64,000 nucleotides of DNA from contig NZ_JAUMUL010000001.1 of assembly GCF_030530635.1 (NCBI RefSeq), forward strand, positions 72,548-136,547. Direction: 5' to 3'. A program made the translations under genes and the position numbers. The DNA comes from Actinomyces sp. (lineage in GTDB: Bacteria; Actinomycetota; Actinomycetes; Actinomycetales; Actinomycetaceae). This document shows positions 10,236-18,787 of this stretch, in pieces. Each line of letters opens with the position of its first letter. Positions within the stretch are counted from its first letter, which is position 1. The notes under the pieces are model-generated. The model ran no database searches, had not been told where the DNA came from, and was given only the letters and a program-made list of their open reading frames with translations.

Positions 10236-10263
10236 TGGCGCCCCGCACCGGAGTGCGGGGCGC
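10236..10263. terminator. Perfect 12-bp inverted repeat GGCGCCCCGCAC-cgga-GTGCGGGGCGCC. It is a likely terminator for the lipoprotein gene at 10316-11191 on the minus strand.
   Basis: Read directly in the sequence. It sits 50 nt downstream of the lipoprotein stop, between that gene and the patB-like start. Confidence 0.4.
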
Positions 10264-10315
10264 CTAACCGTATACGGCCGGTTTCAGATCATGTCGTCCT
10301 TGCCGCTGGAGGGTT

Positions 10316-11191
10316 TCACGGAGGGGGCGTCAGACGACTGTCCGGCACACCGTCCTTCATTTTGTCCGGGCCCGGGTTGACGATGCGCGTGTCGGACATC
10401 ATTCCCTCAAGCTCGGTCTCGTCGATGGCGTCGGCCGCGCAGGTGTAGTTCAGCGACATCCTGACGGGTGTCGCCACTGTGGTGAACACGCGTACCCAGG
10501 TGATCGCCTTGTACTCCTTCCCGCCTGCGCGGTACTCGGCCTCGACCTTGATCATCTCCACCGGGTTGCCCGACCAGTCGGTGACGGTGGTGTCGGTCTT
10601 CTGCGTGGAGTCGACATCGCTGTACTCGCGCTCAAGGTACTCCACCCAGGAGTCGGCCTGGAACTGGGTCTCCTTGACATCACCGGAGTTCGAGCCTACA
10701 TACAGGTCCTGACCGCTCTCATACAGGCACTTGCCGTCGGTGCGGTCCATTTGGTTACGCCCGTCCTCATCGAATCTCTCCAAGCGCCACCCGTTGACCA
10801 TGACGGGGAAGGACCAGTAGGGCGCGTCGTCGCCGGCATCTGTGGCCGGGGCGTCGGTGGACCGGCTCTGCGGGCTGGGTCCGGCGTCCGGGGCAGCGGC
10901 CGTTGCGGACGGGTCAGGATCGGGCGAGTCACCGGTGGGCTTGGACTGCTCGGTCTCAGGAGCCACGGTCACTGGAGCCTCGTCGTCGCAGGCGCCTATG
11001 CCGGGGAGTGCTAGGCCAAGAGCCAGCAGCGCCACCGCACCGCGGCGGGTGAGGTGTGCTTTCCGAAGGGTTGTTGTAATCATGGAGTGCTCCTGGGTGT
11101 AGGTTACGGGGATGTCACTTACGTTAGTGGGAGCCGGTGGCGAGCGCGATGGGGAGCGCTCCCCGGCCTCCGGGGCGGTGGGTGGCGTCAC
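10316..11191 (-). CDS. Secreted lipoprotein, hypothetical.
   Basis: Signal peptide plus lipobox (LALPGIGAC), a Pro/Ala/Ser-rich linker, then an acidic C-terminal domain. Confidence 0.55.
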   Translation of the reverse strand: MTPPTAPEAGERSPSRSPPAPTNVSDIPVTYTQEHSMITTTLRKAHLTRRGAVALLALGLALPGIGACDDEAPVTVAPETEQSKPTGDSPDPDPSATAAAPDAGPSPQSRSTDAPATDAGDDAPYWSFPVMVNGWRLERFDEDGRNQMDRTDGKCLYESGQDLYVGSNSGDVKETQFQADSWVEYLEREYSDVDSTQKTDTTVTDWSGNPVEMIKVEAEYRAGGKEYKAITWVRVFTTVATPVRMSLNYTCAADAIDETELEGMMSDTRIVNPGPDKMKDGVPDSRLTPPP

Positions 11192-11262
11192 CGGCCCGTA
11201 TGGAAGTGCGCCACCGGGGCCGGTGCGGGACTGGGGGCGTGGGCGGCTAGGGTTGGCCCATC

Positions 11263-12837
11263 ATGAGTGACGACACCACCATCCCCCCGGCCTTCAACCT
11301 GCCCGCGTCCGGCTCCGCGCCGATCCGCGTTCGTTTCTGCCCCTCACCCACCGGCACTCCCCACGTCGGCATGGTGCGCACCTGCCTGTTCAACTGGGCG
11401 TATGCGCGTCACACCGGCGGCACCTTCGTGCTGCGCATTGAAGACACCGACGCCGCCCGCGACTCCGAGGACTCCTTCGAGGCGATTCTCGACTCGCTGC
11501 GCTGGCTCGGCCTGGACTGGGACGAGGGGGTGGCCAAGGGCGGCCCTCACGCCCCCTACCGCCAGTCCCAGCGCACCGAGCTGTATCGGCAGGTCGCCGC
11601 TGAGCTGATCCAAGCCGGCTACCTGTACGAGTCCTTCTCCACCCCCGCCGAGATCGAGGCGCGCCATCGCGCCAGGGGTGAGGATCCCAAGCTGGGCTAT
11701 GACGGCTATGACCGCGCCCTCACCGAGGAGCAGAAGGCCGCCTTCCGCGCCGAGGGCCGCCGGCCCGTGCTGCGCATGCGCATGCCGGACGAGGACATCA
11801 CCTTCCACGACCTGGTGCGTGGTCCGGTCACCTTCAAGGCCGGCTCCGTGCCCGACTACGTGGTCGTGCGCGCCGGTGGTGACCCGCTCTACACGCTCGT
11901 CAACCCCGTCGACGACGCCGCCATGGGCATCACTCACGTGCTGCGCGGGGAGGACCTGCTGTCCTCCACGCCTCGGCAGGTGGCGCTGTACCGGGCCCTG
12001 ATGGAGATCGGCCGGGCGCACAGGGTGCCCGAGTTCGCCCACTTGCCCTACGTGATGGGGGAGGGGAACAGGAAACTGTCCAAGCGCGATCCGGAATCGA
12101 ATCTGCTGATCCACCGCTTCCGCGGGATGGCGCCGGAGGGGCTGCTGAACTACCTGGCCCTGCTGGGCTGGTCCCTGTCCAAGGACGAGGACGTGTTCAC
12201 TCCAGACCAGTTGGTGGCCGCCTTCGACATCGCTGATGTCAACCCCAATCCGGCGCGCTTCGACCCCAAGAAGTGCGAGGCCATCAACGCCGAGCACCTG
12301 CGTCAGTTGGACGGCGATGACTTCCGTGACCGGCTGGTGCCATATCTCGCCGACGTCTACCCCGACCCGGCCGACCCCGACTGGGCGGCGCGCCCCCTGG
12401 TGAGCGCCACCGCATTCGCCGATCTCACGGAACGTGAGCAGGAGGTCCTCTCCGCGGGGGCTCCGCTGATCCAGACCCGCATCCAACTGCTGCGCGAGTC
12501 GCGCGACATGCTCGGCTTCCTGCTGGTGGACGATGCCGCGCTCGAGATCGACGAGCGGGCCGTGTCCCGGCTGAAGGACTCCGCCCCGCAGGTGCTCGAC
12601 ACCGCCATTGCCACGTTGGAGGATCTGCCCGTGCCGTGGCGCACCGAGGTGCTGGAGGAGGCCCTGCGCGCGGCCATTGTTGACGGCATGGGGATCAAGC
12701 CGCGCCTGGCCTTCGGGCCGTTGCGCGTGGCCGTGACCGGGAGGCAGGTGTCCCCGCCGTTGTTCGAGTCCATGGAGATCCTGGGGGCCGAGTCCTCCCT
12801 GGCGCGTCTGCGTGCGCTGCGCACGCGCCTGGGCTGA
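11263..12837 (+). CDS. gltX: Glutamate--tRNA ligase.
   Basis: Class I aaRS HIGH region ([22 protein letters not shown]), KLSKR motif and 524 aa. It is probably non-discriminating, because tRNA-Gln is adjacent, as in other actinobacteria. Confidence 0.9.
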   Translation: MSDDTTIPPAFNLPASGSAPIRVRFCPSPTGTPHVGMVRTCLFNWAYARHTGGTFVLRIEDTDAARDSEDSFEAILDSLRWLGLDWDEGVAKGGPHAPYRQSQRTELYRQVAAELIQAGYLYESFSTPAEIEARHRARGEDPKLGYDGYDRALTEEQKAAFRAEGRRPVLRMRMPDEDITFHDLVRGPVTFKAGSVPDYVVVRAGGDPLYTLVNPVDDAAMGITHVLRGEDLLSSTPRQVALYRALMEIGRAHRVPEFAHLPYVMGEGNRKLSKRDPESNLLIHRFRGMAPEGLLNYLALLGWSLSKDEDVFTPDQLVAAFDIADVNPNPARFDPKKCEAINAEHLRQLDGDDFRDRLVPYLADVYPDPADPDWAARPLVSATAFADLTEREQEVLSAGAPLIQTRIQLLRESRDMLGFLLVDDAALEIDERAVSRLKDSAPQVLDTAIATLEDLPVPWRTEVLEEALRAAIVDGMGIKPRLAFGPLRVAVTGRQVSPPLFESMEILGAESSLARLRALRTRLG

Positions 12838-13092
12838 CGCCTGGCGTGAACTTGTGTGCACGAGTGCGAACTCGTGTACATCACGTGAATCCGTGTGCCA
12901 GGCGCCTATTCGCGTGGGCGGGGGCCTCAGACCCACACAGCCCGGTCGACCGGCACGGTTAGCGCCCGACGTACACCACCGAATGCCGAGTTACGCCTCG
13001 CCGGCGTCCACAGGTGCGGTTCGTGCACCCTCAATCCACAGGGCTCGCCGTCTTCACTGGCGCTGGGTGACGTCGAAGTTCAGGATCGGCGC

Positions 13093-14142
13093 ATGGATGC
13101 CTACCCGACTCCGCCGTCACTGCCGCCGGTCATCTTGTCGGCGGCCAGCAACCTGCACCACCTGCCGCGCCGGCCTGAACTCATCCGCCTGATGCGCGGC
13201 GTGTACTACCGCCCCTCCGAGGCAACGGAAGTCTGGCAACAGAAACTTGAGGCCAGCCTTGCGCGCTGCCGAGGTGCCTGGGAGACGCGTCGCAGCACAA
13301 TCGCCTTGACCCACGAATCCGCCGCCCTGCTGCATGGCCTGTGGGTCCGTGATCCCGAGCCGGATGTGTGGACCGCGCTGCCGCGACGCCCGTCGTCGAC
13401 CATCCTGGCCCTGCCCGGTCTGCAGTTCCGGCGCGGGTATCCGCCCCGCCCGCAGGAGGAGGGAACAGGTAGACGGTTCATACGGCTGCGGCGACGGAGA
13501 CTGGTCATTCCTGACGAGCAGCTTGTCACGATTCAGGGCATCGTTGTGACCGATCTCCTGAGAACCGCGGTCGATTGTGCCTTCGATCTGCCAGCGTGCC
13601 GATCCATCACTGTCGTCGACTCGGCCATGCGCGCTCTGGTTCGCCCGGACCGTCGTGAGCCCGCCGAGTCGCGACGTCGGTGGAGGGAGGTTCGCGCCAG
13701 GCTCCTGCAGGCCGTCATGGATCAGGGCCCGCGTAAAGGAGCGGTCCGGGCGCGAGCCGTGGCGCAGATCGCCAGCCCCTTCTCCGAATCGCCGGGGGAG
13801 AGCGTTGTGCGCTGGCAGGTTGAGGCCTTCGGGCTGCCCTCCGCGGTGCTGCAGCAGCGCATCGACATTCCCAGTCAGTCACGCAGCTTCTTCCTGGATA
13901 TGGCCTGGCCGGCGCTGCGAATCGCGGCGGAGTACGACGGTCGCGGCAAGTATCTGGTTACGGGCACTACCTGGGATGAGAAGGTCCGCCAGGATCTCAT
14001 CCAGGAGTCATCCGGTTGGACCTTCAAACGGTTCACCTCCGAGCACCTGCGCGACCCGGCTCGGCTCGGTCAGGATGTCCTGGCGATGTTTCCGGCGACC
14101 GTCGTCGCCAAGGCCCGACGGCGGCGGGCGCTGTGGGACTGA
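13093..14142 (+). CDS. DUF559 domain protein (Vsr-like endonuclease fold) of unknown function.
   Basis: C-terminal IDIPSQSRSFFLDMAWPALRIAAEYDGRGKY matches the DUF559 signature D..w.....EyDG. The ATG at 13093 is preferred over the track start at 12895. Confidence 0.55.
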   Translation: MDAYPTPPSLPPVILSAASNLHHLPRRPELIRLMRGVYYRPSEATEVWQQKLEASLARCRGAWETRRSTIALTHESAALLHGLWVRDPEPDVWTALPRRPSSTILALPGLQFRRGYPPRPQEEGTGRRFIRLRRRRLVIPDEQLVTIQGIVVTDLLRTAVDCAFDLPACRSITVVDSAMRALVRPDRREPAESRRRWREVRARLLQAVMDQGPRKGAVRARAVAQIASPFSESPGESVVRWQVEAFGLPSAVLQQRIDIPSQSRSFFLDMAWPALRIAAEYDGRGKYLVTGTTWDEKVRQDLIQESSGWTFKRFTSEHLRDPARLGQDVLAMFPATVVAKARRRRALWD

Positions 14143-14531
14143 GGCCCCGTGCGCACGACTTGGCGCCATGGGGACCAGGTAGAGGTAGGCCTCCTCCAGG
14201 GAGGCCCCGCGCGCACGAGTTCGCCCCGAATACACGAGTTCACGTCGGGCGCACGATTTTTTGGAGGTTTGCGAGTGTTTAAACCGTGCAGAACTCCAAA
14301 ACTCGTGCGTCTGGAGGCAAAGGCGTGTTACCGGGGCGAATGCGTGTGCATGTTAGAGGACGCATCGCCCGCCCGTGTATCCGCAGCGTCCGCGGTCCGC
14401 GCCGTGAGGCCCCCGCGAGTCGGCTGAGGCCGTTGCTCCTTCCGCTCCCGTTCACCGCACGCGCAGGGTGTCAACGGGTCGCCCGTCGGGGTGGTGCCTG
14501 CGCGTATCCCGCGCGCCGCGCGAGCACGGCG

Positions 14532-15332
14532 TCAGTCGTCCATCTTGCCTGCCTTCAGCCCCTCAATGCGGATACCCGACAGGATCGTGTGCCACTGACT
14601 CGCGGAGACGTTGTTTCCGCTGGAGCAGATGATCTCAACGCTGAAGTCGAGCCCGGCCTCGCCGACGGCGCGGGCGAACTTGTAACCCTCCACGGACTCC
14701 GACGTGCCGTCGTCGTAGTTGAATGTGCCGGTCCAGGTCACCGAGTAGCCCTCCATGGTGCCGCCATCATCGCGCACCAGGTCCAGGGTCTCCCGGCCGG
14801 TCTCGTTATAGTCGGAGATCACGGAGTCGCTCACGGCAACCAGCAGCGAACTCATGGTGTCGTCATCCAGGCCCAGGTAGTGGATGCGCTCGGAGATGTC
14901 CCGGGTCTCATAGCCGATGCAGGCGTGGTCCCAGGTCCTGAAGCCCTCAATGTTGCCCTTGTCGGAGACCGAGTCGGTATTGACCACGGAGTCATCCTGG
15001 TACCAGACGGAGGTGTCCTCGTTGTAGAACTTCAACGACGGCGCGCTCCAGGCCTCCTTGGTCTGCTTGTGGTCGGGCGCAGCGGCAGTTGGTGATTCGG
15101 GTCCGCGGCTTCTCATGCCGTTATCAGGGGTCGGACTCGGCGTGGCCGCAATCGTAGGGATGGGGACGGGGCTTGAATTGGCCACGTACTGACTTGATCT
15201 GCTTGGTGCAGTGGTGGCTGCTTCGCCGGAGCTGGAGCCGCATGCCCCCAGGGTGAGGCCGGATGCCAGGCAGAGGGAAGCGGCCAGGACCTGTACGGTC
15301 CGGTGGCGCGGGAAGCGAAGAGAAGTCATCAT
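14532..15332 (-). CDS. Secreted lipoprotein, hypothetical.
   Basis: Signal peptide plus lipobox (LTLGACGSS), a Pro/Ser/Thr-rich linker and an acidic C-terminal domain. The overlapping + ORF 14286-15095 is Arg-rich junk. Confidence 0.55.
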   Translation of the reverse strand: MMTSLRFPRHRTVQVLAASLCLASGLTLGACGSSSGEAATTAPSRSSQYVANSSPVPIPTIAATPSPTPDNGMRSRGPESPTAAAPDHKQTKEAWSAPSLKFYNEDTSVWYQDDSVVNTDSVSDKGNIEGFRTWDHACIGYETRDISERIHYLGLDDDTMSSLLVAVSDSVISDYNETGRETLDLVRDDGGTMEGYSVTWTGTFNYDDGTSESVEGYKFARAVGEAGLDFSVEIICSSGNNVSASQWHTILSGIRIEGLKAGKMDD

Positions 15333-15511
15333 TCCTCCGGGTGGGGAAGTCTTGCACAGCCTTGTAAAGCCTTCTAAGACGCCAGTTTAAGGCGGTCCGT
15401 GTCCGGGCGCAGCGCCTCCGGCCGGGGAGTGCTACCCATGTTCCAGGGCGGGGTGGGCGATCACCGCGGCCCTGACCGGAGTGGGTGTGGCTGCACTCAC
15501 GGCAGTCCGAC

Positions 15512-15540
15512 TTGGCGCCGAGCGGACTGGCGTGTAGATT
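15512..15540 (+). promoter_or_regulatory. Candidate sigma-A promoter for the tRNA operon: TTGGCG, 17-bp spacer, TAGATT.
   Basis: -35 at 15512-15517 and -10 at 15535-15540, about 45 nt upstream of tRNA-Gln. Confidence 0.4.
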
Positions 15541-15585
15541 ACCGATCGCTGCCCGGGCGCCAGCCGCTCAGGCGCACCAATCTCT

Positions 15586-15657
15586 TGGGGTATGGTGTAA
15601 TTGGCAACACAGGTGATTCTGGTTCATCCATTCTAGGTTCGAGTCCTGGTACCCCAG
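15586..15657 (+). tRNA. tRNA-Gln (anticodon CTG).
   Basis: Cloverleaf readable: acceptor TGGGGTA/TACCCCA, anticodon loop TTCTGGT, T-arm GGTTCGAGTCC. Confidence 0.85.
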
Positions 15658-15735
15658 CGGAGAGTGACGGAGTTCGACCGCCATCCTGCGGATGCGGTCA
15701 CCGCGGCCCCGTCGCCCGCCGGCACAACTGCATGA

Positions 15736-15808
15736 GGCCCCGTTCGTCTAGCGGCCCAGGACACCGCCCTCTCACGGCGGCAGCACCGGTTCAAATCCGG
15801 TACGGGGT
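15736..15808 (+). tRNA. tRNA-Glu (anticodon CTC), copy 1.
   Basis: GCCCCGTTCGTCTAGCGG..CCTCTCACGG..GGTTCAAATCC..ACGGGGT, with a G1-U72 acceptor pair. Confidence 0.85.
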
Positions 15809-15842
15809 ACGAGCCACGGTTCCGAATGGAGCCTGTTGGCAG

Positions 15843-15915
15843 GCCCCGTTCGTCTAGCGGCCCAGGACACCGCCCTCTCACGGCGGCAGCACCGGTTCAA
15901 ATCCGGTACGGGGTA
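15843..15915 (+). tRNA. tRNA-Glu (anticodon CTC), copy 2, a tandem duplicate.
   Basis: Identical 73-nt sequence to copy 1, separated from it by a 34-nt spacer. Confidence 0.85.
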
Positions 15916-16115
15916 CTTTCTTATCACTTGCCGTGGTTTGCGCCGTATTCATGTGACGTGGGAATGATTCCTGCGCATGGTGCAAGGCGTCGCTCCTCCT
16001 GTTCGTCCGGTCCCGGGAACTTCCCCGGCGGCCTCCGCCCGGGTGTTCGACCCCCGATCCGGGATCGTTTCGGCAGTCGCGAGTGACTCCCCGATGCCTC
16101 CCCTCGGCCGCGTAA

Positions 16116-17819
16116 GTGGCTACACTCGCCGCCGTGACCAACTTCCCCAAGCTCTCCGCCCCCGGCCCGCTCCCCGACGGAGCGATGCGCGTCGTCCCCC
16201 TGGGAGGCCTCGGCGAGGTCGGGCGCAACATGACCGTGTTCGAAGTCGAGGGCAAACTGCTCATCGTGGACTGCGGTGTGCTCTTCCCCGAGGAGGACCA
16301 GCCTGGCGTCGACCTCATCCTGCCCGACTTCACCTACATCGAGGACCGTCTCGACGACGTGGTCGCGATGGTGCTCACCCACGGTCATGAGGACCACATC
16401 GGCGGCGTGCCCTACCTGCTACGACTGCGCGAAGACATCCCGCTGATCGGTTCCGACCTCACCCTCGCCTTCGTGTCCGCCAAGCTCTCCGAGCATCGCC
16501 TTCACCCGGTTATGCGTGTCGTCTCCGAGCATGAGGAGGTCTCATACGGCCCCTTCGACCTGGAGTTCGTAGCGGTCAACCACTCGATTCCGGACGCCAT
16601 GGCGGTCATGATCCGCACCTCGGCGGGATCGGCGCTCATCACCGGCGACTTCAAGATCGATTCCCTGCCCATCGACGGGCGCATCACCGACCTGCGCTCC
16701 TTCGCTCGCTTCGGCGATGAGGGCGTGGACCTGTTCTGCGTCGACTCCACCAACGCCGAGGTTCCGGGCATGATCGGGCATGAGAACCAGATCGGCCCGG
16801 TCCTGGACGGCGTCTTCGCCGAGTCCGACCAGCAGATCATCGTGGCGTCCTTCGCCAGCCATGTGCACCGGGTGCAGCAGGTGCTCGATGCCGCCGCCCT
16901 TCACGGTCGGCGGGTGGCCTTGATCGGCCGCTCCATGGTGCGCAACATGGGTATCGCGGCGGAACGAGGTTTCCTGAAGGTCCCCGCAGGGGTACTGATC
17001 AACGCTCGGGATTTGACCTCCCTGCCGCCCGAGGAACGAGTCCTGATGGTCACCGGCTCCCAGGGCGAGCCCATGGCGGCCCTGTCGCGCATGGCGCACG
17101 GCGAGCACCGCTCCGTCACAGTGGAACCCGGAGACACGGTCATCTTCGCCTCATCCCTGATTCCCGGAAACGAGAACTCCGTGAACCGGGTTATCAACCA
17201 GCTCATGCGTCTGGGGGCGCGCGTGGTCCACCAGGGCAATGCCAAGGTGCACGTGTCCGGACACGCCTCCTCCGAGGAGCTGCTGCATGTGTACAACATC
17301 GTCGGCCCTCGCAACGTCATGCCGATACACGGTGAGATTCGCCACCTGGTGGCCAATGGGGCGCTAGCGGTCAAGACCGGGGTGGCTCCAAGCCGGGTGA
17401 TGCTGTGCGAGGACGGCGTGGTGGTGGACCTGACCGACGGCCGGGCCCGTATCGCCGGTTCCGTCCCCTGCGGCTACGTGTACGTGGACGGCTCCTCGGT
17501 CGGCGAGATCGACGAGACCGAGCTCAAGGATCGGCGCATCCTCGCAGAGGAGGGCTTCGTCTCCGTGTATGCCGTCGTGGAGACCTCCACCGGCACCATC
17601 CTGGCCGGTCCGGATATTCAGGCCCGGGGCGTGGCCGAGGACGACTCCGTGTTCGACGAGGTCCTGCCGGACGTCACGAAGGCGCTTGCCGACGCTCTGG
17701 ACAAGGGCAATGCCGACGCCCACTCCCTGCAGCAGGCCATGCGCCGCACCCTGGGTCGATGGATCGGCCGCCGCCTGCGCCGTCGTCCCATGATTGTTCC
17801 CGTGGTAATCGAAGCATGA
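16116..17819 (+). CDS. rnj: Ribonuclease J.
   Basis: Metallo-beta-lactamase motif VLTHGHEDHIGG with a beta-CASP/RNA-metabolizing C-terminal region, 567 aa. Confidence 0.9.
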   Translation: MATLAAVTNFPKLSAPGPLPDGAMRVVPLGGLGEVGRNMTVFEVEGKLLIVDCGVLFPEEDQPGVDLILPDFTYIEDRLDDVVAMVLTHGHEDHIGGVPYLLRLREDIPLIGSDLTLAFVSAKLSEHRLHPVMRVVSEHEEVSYGPFDLEFVAVNHSIPDAMAVMIRTSAGSALITGDFKIDSLPIDGRITDLRSFARFGDEGVDLFCVDSTNAEVPGMIGHENQIGPVLDGVFAESDQQIIVASFASHVHRVQQVLDAAALHGRRVALIGRSMVRNMGIAAERGFLKVPAGVLINARDLTSLPPEERVLMVTGSQGEPMAALSRMAHGEHRSVTVEPGDTVIFASSLIPGNENSVNRVINQLMRLGARVVHQGNAKVHVSGHASSEELLHVYNIVGPRNVMPIHGEIRHLVANGALAVKTGVAPSRVMLCEDGVVVDLTDGRARIAGSVPCGYVYVDGSSVGEIDETELKDRRILAEEGFVSVYAVVETSTGTILAGPDIQARGVAEDDSVFDEVLPDVTKALADALDKGNADAHSLQQAMRRTLGRWIGRRLRRRPMIVPVVIEA

Positions 17820-17866
17820 ACGCCCTGCGCAGCACGCTCATCAGTAAGGGGAACGGGCACAGGGCC

Positions 17867-18781
17867 ATGCGTCGCCCCGCCTGCTTCATCTCCACCGGAT
17901 CTGTTCTGATTGACCTGCCTCTGCACGTCGAGCGAGTCCCGGCACCCGGGGGCGCCGTCACCGCCACCTCGGCAGGACCGACCGTGGGTGGCGGCTACAC
18001 CGTCGTATCCGCCGTCGCCCGCCAGGGGCTGCCCGCGGCCCTTGCCGCCACCCTGGGCACCGGGCCCAACTCGGCCCAGGTGCGCGAGACCATGATGCAC
18101 GACGGTGTCGAGTTGCTCGTGGAAGAACTGGTCGGTGACATCGGCACTTGCACGACCCTGATTGAGCCCAGTGGGCGACGCACCTTCATCACCACCGAGG
18201 GTGTGGAGGCCGAGCCCCAGTTGGAGGATCTCCAACGGCTGGAACTTCAGGCGGGAGACTGGGTCTACGCCACTGGTTACGACCTGGTGCACCGCTCCAG
18301 CCGCGATGTGTTGGCCTCCTGGTTGTTGCGGCTGCCCGACGGCGTGGGGCTGGTCGTCGACCTGGGGCCGGTGCAGCCGGAGATCCCCGACCATGTGCTG
18401 CTGCCCATCCTGCGCCGCACCACACTGCTTACGGGCAACCACTTCGAGATCACCCAGCTGACCGCCCGGCTGGGCAGCCCCGAGGCACTGCGCCGCGACT
18501 GCCCCGACGGCCTGCTGGTGCGCCGCACCGGCGTGCACGGCTGTGTCATGTGGCCCGTCGGCGGCGATCGCATTGAAGTGCCCGGCTTCGCCCGCGATGT
18601 GGTGGACACCACCGGCGCCGGCGATACCCACACCGGTGTGCTGGTGGTCGGACTCATGGACGGGCTTGATGTCGTTGCCGCGGCGCGCCGCGCCAACGCC
18701 GCCGCCGCGGAGGCCGTCAGTCGAATCGGACCGGCGCGCGCTCCTCGGCGAGACGAGATAGACGCGTTCCTGAGTGAGTGA
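17867..18781 (+). CDS. PfkB-family carbohydrate kinase (ribokinase-like).
   Basis: N-terminal ISTGSVLIDL and the C-terminal PfkB signature DTTGAGDTHTG. The track ORF starts at 17405, overlapping rnj in another frame. The true start is 17816 (MNALRS) or 17867 (MRRPAC). Confidence 0.7.
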   Translation: MRRPACFISTGSVLIDLPLHVERVPAPGGAVTATSAGPTVGGGYTVVSAVARQGLPAALAATLGTGPNSAQVRETMMHDGVELLVEELVGDIGTCTTLIEPSGRRTFITTEGVEAEPQLEDLQRLELQAGDWVYATGYDLVHRSSRDVLASWLLRLPDGVGLVVDLGPVQPEIPDHVLLPILRRTTLLTGNHFEITQLTARLGSPEALRRDCPDGLLVRRTGVHGCVMWPVGGDRIEVPGFARDVVDTTGAGDTHTGVLVVGLMDGLDVVAAARRANAAAAEAVSRIGPARAPRRDEIDAFLSE

Positions 18782-18787
18782 TTCGGC

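Noticed and set aside
12895-13092. Track start for the DUF559 ORF, giving 66 extra residues.
   Set aside because: The extension is Arg/Gly/Thr-rich and overlaps the left repeat flank. The ATG at 13093 gives a DUF559-typical length.
14286-15095. + strand 269-aa ORF overlapping the lipoprotein gene.
   Set aside because: Its translation is Arg/Gly/Val-rich with no features. The minus-strand ORF has a signal peptide and lipobox and coherent codon usage.
17405-17815. 5' extension of the PfkB kinase ORF overlapping rnj in another frame.
   Set aside because: The translated extension is an Arg/Gly-rich artefact. Kinase homology begins near MRRPACFISTGSVLIDL, so the start is placed at 17816 or 17867.
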